Positions 55,101-64,000 of a stretch of 64,000 nt of DNA are shown piece after piece. Below the pieces are notes generated by a model. It did no database searches and was not told where the DNA came from. It saw only the letters and a program-made list of their open reading frames with translations. The position numbers were made by a program, and so were the translations under genes. The DNA is from Lytechinus pictus (Eukaryota), in NCBI RefSeq assembly GCF_037042905.1, contig NC_087245.1:17982001-18046000 (forward strand). The letters run 5' to 3'. Every line of letters begins with the position of its first letter. The first letter of the stretch is position 1.

Positions 55101-55648
55101 TGCAGATAATTTTTTAATTTTTGTTGGTTGAAGGTTCACCCTGTAAACAAGTGTTGTATTCATTTAAGCAAAAAATTTAATATGGAAGCATCTCTTTCCT
55201 AACTCTTAGTCTGCCATAGGCAAATATGCTGCCATTTAGTAATTTTGTATTAGTCAGTCGGGAACCTTTATCACAAAGGTTAGCAATAAAACACAGATTT
55301 TTGTTCAGATTTTTATGAACGATCTATTGCTTCAAATTTTCTGTACATTCACTTGCTAAGCTGTGCTACTTGCACAGGCTTATCTGTTTCGTTTCTTCTT
55401 AGATCTGTTGAGACGTTTTCAAATTTTTGAAATTTTGTTTCTCTCTACGTTTTCCAATCTAGGATGCAGACCTACAGAAGACGGTTGAGGAGAGCGCTCG
55501 TATCCAGAGACTGTACAGTCATCTCTTTGATTTCACCATCGTCAACAGTAATCTCAATGAATCCTGCCAGCAACTATGTGAAGCTCTGAGTGCCTTGGCT
55601 CATCAACGGCAATGGGTTCCTATCGATTGGGTCTACGATGCCCCCTGA
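25140..55648 (+). CDS. MPP6: MAGUK p55 subfamily scaffold protein, MPP2/MPP6 (PALS2)-like, 557 aa. join(25140..25176,30856..30977,46485..46637,47596..47751,50345..50420,50865..51016,51839..51970,52513..52621,53076..53303,54091..54293,54788..54907,55463..55648)
   Basis: The hand-spliced ORF has GT-AG introns and consistent phases, totalling 1674 nt. Motifs match MPP2/6 as I recall them: L27 (DLLFLKEVM; AAELAGILQDLNFISLLRTHD), PDZ (AIRMVGIRK..EPLGVTFKVE..ARIIHG..GLLHVGDVIQEVN), SH3 (FDYDPSNDTLVPCQEVGLPF..WWQA..GLIPSQ), HOOK (KKKKR), GuK (LLGAQGVGRRTLKNRL..NLYGT..CVLDVNPQ) and C-terminal QWVPIDWVY. MPP2 versus MPP6 cannot be resolved; it is probably a co-ortholog of both. Confidence 0.93.
25677..26070. 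mobile_element. Kolobok-like MITE, TTAA TSD
   Basis: ttaa|agataaattccagt...actggaatttctct|ttaa. Confidence 0.8.
26424..29859. mobile_element. 3.4-kb non-autonomous hAT-like element in the MPP intron
   Basis: 14-bp TIR caacgttctcgcca / tggcgagaacgttg; perfect 8-bp TSD gttgaaag at 26416-26423 and 29860-29867; subterminal ttcacggttgtcgg repeats; no transposase ORF. Confidence 0.9.
29090..29642. mobile_element. PIF/Harbinger-like MITE nested in 26424..29859
   Basis: tca|taccctttttacaca...tgtgtaaaaagggta|tca (3-bp TSD); repeated tagtacggggttaag palindromic modules. Confidence 0.85.
30236..30392. mobile_element. Harbinger-like mini-MITE, CTG TSD
   Basis: ctg|ggcccagttgcataaaagt...actttcttgcaacagggcc|ctg. 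Confidence 0.75.
30856..30977 (+). CDS. MPP6: MPP coding exon 2 (first L27 domain)
   Basis: tacag| acceptor; EAVDAVVDSLDMLGNSTHAQSVDLLFLKEVMKSRLMKNLIK; AAG|gtatga donor. Confidence 0.88.
33130..33220 (-). mobile_element. Truncated tRNA-derived SINE head
   Basis: The minus strand reads ggtcatgtggtccagtggttaga...gttcgaatcc, i.e. A and B boxes, but the acceptor stem does not pair. Confidence 0.6.
33956..34180. repeat. (GAT)n microsatellite
   Basis: Imperfect GAT run of ~225 bp in the MPP intron. Confidence 0.95.
37683..38383. mobile_element. CCCGG-terminated MITE with 8-bp TSD (copy 2, internal duplication)
   Basis: Homologous to 18504..19018; TSD tagtatga at 37675-37682 and 38384-38391. Confidence 0.88.
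41359..41488. repeat. Degenerate (GAT)n microsatellite
   Basis: GAT/TAT runs. Confidence 0.85.
46485..46637 (+). CDS. MPP6: MPP coding exon 3 (L27)
   Basis: acag| AHGTLEDTELKPHRMDSLCLAADIMAELTQIIGCDNGAAELAGILQDLNFI |gtaagt. Confidence 0.92.
46883..47037. mobile_element. Harbinger-like mini-MITE, CAG TSD
   Basis: cag|gacctatttcataaaacttgttat...ataacaagtctttatgaaatgagacc|cag. Confidence 0.65.
47090..47535 (+). mobile_element. tRNA-derived SINE with Deu/Nin domain
   Basis: A box tagctcagtcggt (47101) and B box g.ttcgagtcc (~47145). The central gactttaaatggaggccccg...aagaacccactgcactattcgtataagagtaggggg..accccggtgt resembles the DeuSINE core. LINE-like tail gtgctatacaaatgc(cat)n. Confidence 0.75.
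47596..47751 (+). CDS. MPP6: MPP coding exon 4 (end of L27, start of PDZ)
   Basis: ttcag| SLLRTHDDIASG...DAIRMVGIRKSKDEPL |gtcagt. Confidence 0.92.
47831..49270 (+). mobile_element. Helentron-type non-autonomous element (HINE/DINE-1/pearl-like) with a 7 x 154-bp tandem array
   Basis: T-run insertion site; subTIR tgtctcgcctgc (47831) / gcaggcgagaca (49238); 5' partner gcgagaca; (cgt)n microsatellite; 3' hairpin aacgcttggcgtt; ends cttgtt. Confidence 0.85.
49458..50324 (+). mobile_element. Second HINE-type element with degenerate ~150-175-bp repeats
   Basis: subTIR atacccccgcc / ggcggggtat; 3' hairpin atcaccttcagtgat; ends ctagt; repeated caaccaattctcatgaaatttggctcacac and gttgccatggtaac. Confidence 0.8.
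50345..50420 (+). CDS. MPP6: MPP coding exon 5 (PDZ)
   Basis: tttcag| GVTFKVEDGEIVVARIIHGSVIDKQG |gtaaat. Confidence 0.93.
50865..51016 (+). CDS. MPP6: MPP coding exon 6 (PDZ)
   Basis: tgtag| LLHVGDVIQEVNDHDVSNDPDALRKHIKKAEGRVTLKIRPSYQDCIMLPP |gtaagt. Confidence 0.94.
51177..51304. mobile_element. Harbinger-like mini-MITE, CTG TSD
   Basis: ctg|ggtccatttcataaagag...ctctttttgaaacaggccc|ctg. Confidence 0.65.
51839..51970 (+). CDS. MPP6: MPP coding exon 7 (SH3)
   Basis: cctcag| IYFRAFFDYDPSNDTLVPCQEVGLPFRRGDILCVVERDDMEWWQ |gtgagg. Confidence 0.94.
52513..52621 (+). CDS. MPP6: MPP coding exon 8 (end of SH3)
   Basis: ttcag| AYVVGDEGQSGLIPSQDLEERRRAFVPHENIYTSEL |gtaagt. Confidence 0.94.
53076..53303 (+). 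CDS. MPP6: MPP coding exon 9 (HOOK, start of GuK)
   Basis: ttcag| ACGLVKSKKKKREKYETRKNHQFDRSDIVIYEEVQEMPPFQRKTIVLLGAQGVGRRTLKNRLIEHDPSRFGVPIA |gtgagt. Confidence 0.95.
54091..54293 (+). CDS. MPP6: MPP coding exon 10 (GuK)
   Basis: catag| TTRLPRQGEKNGVDYHFVLRSEMENDILNHRFLEYGDFANNLYGTTFDSIREVNQKGQMCVLDVNPQ |gtgagt. Confidence 0.95.
54788..54907 (+). CDS. MPP6: MPP coding exon 11 (GuK)
   Basis: tacag| TLKLLRNSEFLPFVVFVASPDLETLRILHEAAASSEKHVM |gtaggt. Confidence 0.93.
55463..55648 (+). CDS. MPP6: MPP terminal coding exon 12
   Basis: tctag| DADLQKTVEESARIQRLYSHLFDFTIVNSNLNESCQQLCEALSALAHQRQWVPIDWVYDAP* (TGA at 55646-55648). Confidence 0.93.
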   Translation, partial: DADLQKTVEESARIQRLYSHLFDFTIVNSNLNESCQQLCEALSALAHQRQWVPIDWVYDAP

Positions 55649-58030
55649 CACCACCTGTATGGATGGTGGTGGTGGTGGAGATGGTGCACAAAACACCCTC
55701 TCGATGCACTCCCTGGTAGAGGAGGGAGGATAGACACCGAGACACAGACTGAACTACGCAACCGGATGATAGGCACACAGATGATAGATACCAGGAATGT
55801 CTTTGAGATTCTAGCAAAGATAGTGCACATAAGGTTCATTCATAGCACTCATTTGTATCGGATATATGGATAGGATTACGCTGTGTTCCATAGAACATGG
55901 CTACATGATAGATAGTAAAGACGGGAAACATGATGGAGGTAGTTCACATATTCCTTGCACATTAATAATCAAGCGTGAGGAGATAAGAAGCCAATACTGC
56001 AAAAATAAAGTATACCCCAAATAAGCAGAGTATGAATGGATTGCTTGATTCTACCATATCACTTTAACTAAAATTCTGTGGTATTTATATTTCTCTACTG
56101 CTTTTAGCAATGATCACAGAGATGACTGCAGTAGGAAATGTTCATCAGGGGAGTGTTTCAAGAAGATTTAGATGTGATTACAAAGTGCACTTCCATTCCT
56201 AGTTGCATGTGTAATGACAGCAGCAATCTGGGGCCCATTTCATAAATAGTTGCAACTGTTGTAACTTTGCCATGGTAGTTGCCATAATGGCAAAGTTACA
56301 ACAGTTGTAACTGTTTATGAAACGGGCCCCAGATCATTCTTGGAGGATGTGAGCCTCTACATTTCCATCAGTAAATATCTTTTGCACTGAAGCCTTACCC
56401 CAATTCACACTTGATTATTTGTGAACCACCCCCTGATGCTGTATATTTTGTTTCTCAAGTGCTGCCATACTCTTTGAAAAAAATAGAAGACCCAATTAAA
56501 TGAATCAAAAGAACAATCATCCATCATGTCCTTATTTTTAATTTTGCTTGAATACTCATCATATGGAAATATATGGAGAAAAGATACAAGAACAACAACC
56601 AAATTTTCTAATTCCATGTTCATCTCAAATATACATTGTTTTGAAAATGTAATACACAGGATAGAAACTTATCTTACACCTTGATAGAATAATTGTATGT
56701 AGAATAGACTTGAAAAGAATTCAAGAGTTACCATTAAATGAAAAATGTATATCCAAGAAGAATAAGTAAAATTTATGTAATACTTGGTGCTTGTTTTAAA
56801 AAAATTGGAATCAAATTTTGTTAAAATTGCAAGTTTGGGAGAAATTTCTTTTAAACTCTTCTTCTTATGACCACTATTTCCTTTGAAATTATGTCTTAGT
56901 CTGAATATCCTGAAGTGTGTCTATTAGGATACATGAAAAAAATGCATGTTTATATATTATCAACCAGTCTGTACTTAAATAAGGACATAATCCTTTCTCT
57001 TAAATAGTCATTTTTTTAAAGTAATTAAGCAAATAGGTTGTTATGACAATCAATATTTCCTCAGGGCTTTTGTTAACAGTTTGCATCAGTGTTCATATAT
57101 GCAAGATTCATGCAAAATTTAGTTCACTTGCAAAGCTTATTTATATTATATTTTATTGCATTTTGTGTAAATTTTGAATTGTTTGTGAAATAATGTTTTA
57201 CACCCATACTACATGTATGTCGAGTTCATGTTGTGTATATTTTTTTAGATGCTGTTATATGTTATACATTGTTACACCTTATTGTGCAATATAAGTTTGT
57301 TCACTGTTGTCAACCTGTGTTTTGGTAATGAAATAGCTAAGTATGAAATTTTGCCTTGATCTTGGCACCAATTGTTCATATATTTATCTGTTGGGGGCCA
57401 TTGAATTAAAAACACTATTTGTGTCTTAGATGTCTTAATATTGCATTTGAATTTCCAGTTGCATGTGGTATATTGGTCAAATCATGCTCGTGAGACACAC
57501 TATGCCACGTTTCAATCAGTCATATTAGGCTTTGAATATAATATTCTCATTTGCACTTAATTTAGTCATACTTATTTTTTTTGGTGAAAAATTCTCCAGG
57601 TCGTGCCTCTCAAGTGCTGGCTATTTATGTTGAAGGCAAAAAATTACCATCATTGTCCTTATATATTCATTACCTGAAATTTTTAACGAGTGTTAATTCC
57701 TCATTCAAGTTTGATATATTTTGGATTTTCTAGGAAGTATTGTACATATTTGACAAAATGAAATAGCAATTTTTATTGAAATATTTTGTATAGATCTATA
57801 TTTTAGTCATTACGCTTTGCCAATTGTAATACATGTATAGAAATTTAGAAAATTAGTCCTGAGAGACGAATGTTATTGTTTGTCAATTGTTTGATATTTA
57901 TTATTCAAATGTTTTACACATTTTGCCTTGAAGTTGCATTCAATATTTGTATATCATTATGTTATTCAATGTTATCCATTGTAATGCTGGCATAATCGTT
58001 TCATGTGGAAAAAAAAGTAAATTAAATACC
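55649..58030 (+). other. Probable long AU-rich 3'UTR of the MPP gene; the 3' end is uncertain
   Basis: U-rich unique sequence after the stop codon, with candidate poly(A) signals AATAAA (~56004) and ATTAAA (58021). Confidence 0.35.
56231..56329. mobile_element. Palindromic Harbinger-like mini-MITE in the probable 3'UTR
   Basis: ctg|gggcccatttcataaa...tttatgaaacgggccc|cag (CWG flanks). Confidence 0.75.
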
Positions 58031-60147
58031 TGAAGTTCATTGAATGCTGACCTGCTAAAGCTCTAAGCTATACAGTTCTTAGAAAAGAAGAGGGTGTTTT
58101 GCCCGAGGGCAAATTAAAGTATCAAAGTTTGGGGTTTTCGATACTTTGATTGCACATGTTCGTCTATAAAGCAGTTTGTTATCCATGCACTGATTTGTAT
58201 TATATAGAATATTGCAAACAAACTAATCATGCCAAATAGCACAAACCTTAGCAATTGATTGTAGGGTTAATTCGTACGATTGATTGCATTGGTCATTATG
58301 TGCAATCAATTCGGTGGATTTACAATATGGTGTGCTATCTATATTGGTTGCAGCCAACAGGCCAAATTTTAAACTTTGGGGTCGACATCGCGGGCAGGCC
58401 CAGGCAACTCGCAGTGCTAGTGTAGGGTTTTGTAATGTAACTGATGCTTCAAATATGACAATGATTGGGCAAAAGCAGAGGAAGAATTCACCAAAACAGT
58501 CTAAATTTCGCAAAGAACTTTGCGGCAAATTTCTCTCCCACCACGTCCTGGACCCTAGTAATAGCATATGGAAGCTGGTTGAGCCACGTCGACTAGCACA
58601 GCATAATCGTATACATACACGTATGCTCAACAGATGTTTAGAGGCATTGAAAATTAGGGACTGTCCACTGCAGCCGATAGATGGGGCACCGTATTGTGAA
58701 TCTACCAGATTGTATGATCAATTGCTATTAAGCTAAATGTGTTATGGGGCCCAGATTACACCATGTAATTGTACATAGTAATCTGGGGATTGTTTCATGA
58801 AACTTGTCAGCACTGACAAGCTTAATTTCTCTGATGATTTATTGAATGAATTTGGCTTACCCCTTGCCAATTTTATTAAGTTAAAATGCAGAATTCAGGA
58901 GTTGGTGATATATGTAAATGCAAATTTGCTTTGTGATTATTTTATACTGATATTTTTTACACAATGACTTAGATACTAAGTGTAATTATTTCTTTTTACC
59001 TTTTCAAACAAATTTCCTGATGATTTTTGTTTTTTTATTGGAGTTCCCTGTTTCTTTTGAAGATAAATGAATATGCTGCATCTGTACATCCTAACCTGAA
59101 TGTAAAAAGCAGCTTGCAGTATTTATTAAGTGAAACCACAGTATTTATGAATTAACTTTGTATACGCCATAGGTATATAATACCATGCAATATTTCACAG
59201 GGTAGATATGAGCATTATCATCATGTCTGCATGCAATTTAGACTTGCCAATTATCCCTATTTAACAGGTTGATCCTGTTCATTCCCTTTATAAAAACAAA
59301 TAAACTCTGTAGATTAAATTTCATTTTAACTAATCCAATGTCTACACTGAACATGTGTATATTGATAGGAGCAGGAACATTTGTATTTCATATTTATAAA
59401 ATCTTACCGGTAATTGTAAAATGTACATGTGTTCGACATGTTCTTGATTATTGATCCCTGCCCTCAGTGCTGCTCATAGTTATGAGCCCCACCAGAAAAT
59501 GGACATATTTAAAGTGTTCAAATTCTGCCATGTTTTAGATATTTAATTGTAAAGTCAGGTGATAAAATTTTACATTCAAGAGTTCATTTTATGGTTGAGT
59601 TCACTAGAGCACCACTGTCTGTAGGCATTTGTTAGATAAATAGAATGGGTGGTAGTTCTCCGATTCAAATCAGAATACCATTTTGGTTCCTTTATTTCAA
59701 GCAAGATATTTGTACAGTGTTATGTGAATTCATGGCAAAACTGAAGCTTCTGGGTATATATTTATTTTGTATAGATAATGAATATTCCTGAAATATTGGT
59801 ATGGATAATTTTGAATATTTCTTTGGGCATTTTTGTTTTCCTATTGACATTTTACTAGATTCTGTAGATTTGTAATGTTACTTTTCAACCATCTACATGT
59901 AGGAATACATCATCAATATTGATTCCAAGATATCAAATCTCTTTTAGCTCGAAACTGACGTTTTTCTCTACTGAAAATCTGTGGTTCTTCATAGGAAATG
60001 TATACTCCAAAGGTCTTGGATGCATATTTTTCCTGTACTTCTAATGTTTTAATTTGTTATAGTACAAGTCTCAAATTACCAGACATCATTAAATTTATCT
60101 GACCCACGAAACAAGCTATTGTGCACAGAAGAGAGTTCAGGCATTAA

Positions 60148-60572
60148 CCCTAAAAGGACTGGGCGGCATGATGGCGCAGGAATTAGGCACGCACATTCTT
60201 TCCCACTTAAACTACAAGCCAGTATTAAAAAAAATCTGAAAAAAACCCAATTTCACTTCAAATTTTCTTGTTTTGTAATCTAATTTAAAGGTTTCCACAA
60301 AGAAAATTTGCAAAAGCCAATTTCTTCCTTATAATTGCTCTGCAAATAGGGTTGAATTTATAACGAAAAATAATCGCCCTTTTATTTCATCTCCCATAGA
60401 CTTTGTACACAAAGTATAAAAATCAGCATGACATTGTCTTGTAGCGTCGTGAATTTGGTCTCAAAAGTTGCGCAAGCTTTCAAAGAAAAAAGTTTTGGGG
60501 CGTTATCTTTTTGCGTTTCGAAAATATCACGCAAAGTATTGAGGGGGGGCCATGATGGCCCCCAGTCCTTTT
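60148..60572. mobile_element. Degenerate piggyBac-like MITE
   Basis: ttaa|ccctaaaaggactggg ... cccagtcctttt; the right terminus is eroded. Confidence 0.5.
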
Positions 60573-63500
60573 GTGAGGCCAATGTCTTGTGTTTTATGTG
60601 TATCGGGAATAATTGTGATTTCTATTAGGGTAATCACAATTTTAGATTATCAGTAAATGTGTATTCATGACAGATTTATGTAAAATTTTCACCAAAGTTT
60701 GTACAAGATTTTATTAGAATAAAAATAACACACCCCAAAGAGACCTGTAGTTGTATGGTATGAAAGAGCTAAGATGTGTATCTACCACTTGACATGGCAC
60801 CTCTAATACAAAGAAAAGTCAACCATAGATAATCATGTCATTGTACTCCCTTGTCTTCTTTTTCATATAATATATTTTCATAAAATGTACAATCCATATT
60901 GAGACCATCATCAACAAAATAGATTCCAAAGTTGTAAATCAGCAGTCAAATCTAGACGCATCCTTCATGTTTTAGCAAGTTACTGTAACTTGGTTAATAC
61001 TATAAATCACACTACAGAAAACAAATGATATTGATGAAATTGACTTAAAAGCCACACCAAACATGAGTATGTCTAACACATTCCTAAATGATAATTGCAC
61101 ATATATCACAGTCATCTGGGTCATATTGAGTTGTACAGTGCATTGAAGAAAAAAAAAAACGATAATGAAGTTTGTCAGCCCTGACAAATTGTTTTTCTTT
61201 AACTATTGTAGCAGATGCAAGTGCTTTTGTCATTGCGTACAACTTTCATGATATATAATGCTTCTTCAATAGACATGGTACGACAAAGCTCCACAACTTT
61301 TGGACAGACGTACATGAAAATATACATGCACTGACTTGCTGTCCATATATTACACAAGTGGGGCATTTTAGAATTCTACAGTGCACACAATCATGCAGTA
61401 AAACAAGTCGAGTCGCTAGTCTCGGCACATACCAGAAATAGAGAAACTAAAAAACAGACTGAATTTAGATGTAAAAAGGTTTAAACCATGGATAATTTTC
61501 CAAAAGCACATATTTATTATTGAATTTTTGACCCACTGTGTGTATGCGCTCAATTAAGTGCACGGAATCTGCATATCACATGATTCAAACCTCCTTGCAA
61601 TGATTATAACAACAATAAGGGTTAGTGAGGCAATTCTTACAATATCTGAACAATAAAGTGTTGCTGAGCTTTATCTCGTCTGAATGAAGCTTTATAGGGT
61701 TGTAGATCAATTAAAATAAAAGTATGCATACCAGTTCATAGCAGACCAGCAATAGCATAATGTACGTCTCAAGAATTAACAGCTTTAACTCTATATCAAA
61801 TTAATTGGTACAATAATAGCAATCTGAGCCCAAGAAAGAAAATATTGCATTAGATTTTTTCTTGTTCCACCAATTGAATGACATCCTAAAATTATACAGA
61901 AGGATGGTTGGCATTCAAATAAAGAATTGTAACAGATGTACACATAAAAAGAAATCTATGACTTGTATTAGTGCTGCATTAGAACATTTATCCATTTGGT
62001 ATAAATATTAGTTCTATACATAAATACTATACTAAATCATATCTGGGAAATATGGTTTTTAAAAAAAGTCCACATGTTTATGTCCTTAATTGGACAGGAA
62101 AGTCATCCTGACTACCTTGACTAGTGTTCCTGGGGGGCGTTTCATCAATATTTCCCAGATTAACTTTAAATTTTTAATTCTCTTTACAACAGATTGGAAT
62201 AAGCATGATATTACAGCATTAAATCCTATCCAGCATTTCCTTTTTATTACAATAGGTACAAATATAATCATAACATACCATTACCTTATCGTCCATTCTC
62301 AAAAATCATTCCAATGATTCTATCATACAATGGGAAGTCATGTGATTCTATACAAATGCACCAATTAAAAAAACATGTCCTATTCTTAATACCATAGAAA
62401 CATACTACTGTATTCAATAAAAACTTTTAATAAACCTATCCTGTGCCTAGCAGAAGAGTACAAAATAGGTCAACAACAAACTCTAGAAATGTATTCCAAG
62501 GTTAAAAATTAAGAAATTCAACAACTTTTTGTTTGAACCCTGCTGTCAGGCACATAAAATACAAAGTTCAACTACATGTAAATACTCCGACTCGAACAAT
62601 AAAAATGACTATTACTATAATTCTAAATATCTCAAGAGCAAAATATGCCATAATTTTTTCTATTTTGCATAAAATAACAAAATAAGATACATACATGGCA
62701 TTACCAATTGGAATATGATGGCAACAGAAGTAAAATGTTTGACTCTGACATTTTTCAGAAAATGATCTACTATGGCAACTTGGCTAAATGTAGATGTAGC
62801 TATGAATGCATATGTTTTCTACGCAAGACTGGCATTTCAAATAGATTACAATTATCACACTTAAGTGTAATGTATTTTTTTTTCATTTATTGCTTGTTTT
62901 GTTAGCCTTGGAATTACCATATGCAACAGAAAATATTCTCATACATGTACTGATATTTACACTGAATGTCACTCAATAGCAGAGAAAAAGTATACAGGAA
63001 CTCATTAGTATACATGTATATTCTTCTGTATCCCTCCAATCTCTCATGGTTTTAATTAGGAGTTTCTAAATCAATTATTCACTTGATATACTCCTTGTGA
63101 ATTTTCCTCTTATAAAAACATGATAACTTTGTGGCAAACTTCAGAAGAAACTTGCAAAACACATATTGTTTTCTCTTTTCTTTTATCCAATATTATTTGC
63201 TTTGAAATCTTTTTATCTGTACATATTAAAGCTGCCAAATCATTAATCAAAATATTGTAACTCATTCCCTCAAAACTCTTCCTTCGAAAGATAAAAGATA
63301 CTTTGCAATCTAAATACTCTGCATGCAATCTAAATACTCGGCATTTAATGGTTATTTATACGTAAAATTTTACAAAATTATATTTTATGGTGAATATGAT
63401 ATTAGATGGCGAGGTAATCTAATACTTAAGTAAGCACACTACTTCTACAGCTTGCACGCTACGTAGCACATTTCATACTGTTTTACTTGCTAAATGCACC

Positions 63501-64000
63501 ATTATAGACTTTATAAACCAACTTCTGTAACAACCAACTATATGAAGTGGCAATATGAAAAATATCCAAATACCAAATACTTCCATAATAGTAATCACTG
63601 CTATGTCCCTCATATTAAGTCCTACATAAAATTTGGAACAATAAATGCATACATTTAAATATGAATATAAATCATACATATAAATATTTGTATAAATTTC
63701 AAACACATAGTACTTCAATGTACATATATATATGATCAATAAAACACAAACTATAATCCTTTATAGCATTCTTGAAGAAAAATAGGGGGAAAAAATCATT
63801 GAGACAGGCAATGAAAGCTGAAAATGAGAGAAATTTCTAATAGAGTAGAATTACTCAAACTGCTTAATTAGTGGAGAGTGGCAGACTTGAAAGAATTATG
63901 ATTTATTTTTCTGGAAATCAAACCCTCAAAAGTTAACATTGCCATCTCCTCTTTCATCAATAATTTGCAAAGACAGATGATATATTTGAGACTGCATTCA

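Noticed and set aside
58223..58736. Overlapping 135/150-aa ORFs downstream of MPP
   Set aside because: No recognisable motif; probably non-coding or a repeat remnant.
60650..64000. Possible 3'UTR of a convergent minus-strand gene
   Set aside because: The A-rich skew and reverse AATAAA are suggestive, but no coding exon lies in the window to support it.

Overview
This is AT-rich, repeat-dense animal genomic DNA. The repeat families, including a Deu/Nin-domain SINE, suggest a sea-urchin-like invertebrate deuterostome, but that is an inference. One protein-coding gene is supported: a + strand MAGUK p55-subfamily gene (MPP2/MPP6(PALS2)-like; L27-L27-PDZ-SH3-HOOK-GuK). I assembled it by hand from 12 coding exons (25140..55648, 1674 nt, 557 aa), all with GT-AG junctions in consistent phase. 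A non-coding first exon and CpG-rich promoter probably lie near 14.8-15.0 kb. The rest is mostly non-autonomous transposons whose terminal inverted repeats (TIRs) and target-site duplications (TSDs) can be read directly: a 2.3-kb foldback built from ~128-bp tandem repeats (9-bp TSD), a 668-bp near-perfect palindrome with promoter-like motifs (8-bp TSD), several hAT-like, Kolobok-like and Harbinger-like MITEs (some nested), a CCCGG-terminated family with 8-bp TSDs, two Helentron-type (HINE) elements carrying ~154-bp satellite arrays, SINEs and a LINE tail. No transposase ORF, CRISPR array, rRNA or intact tRNA was seen. Almost all ORF-track entries are spurious.
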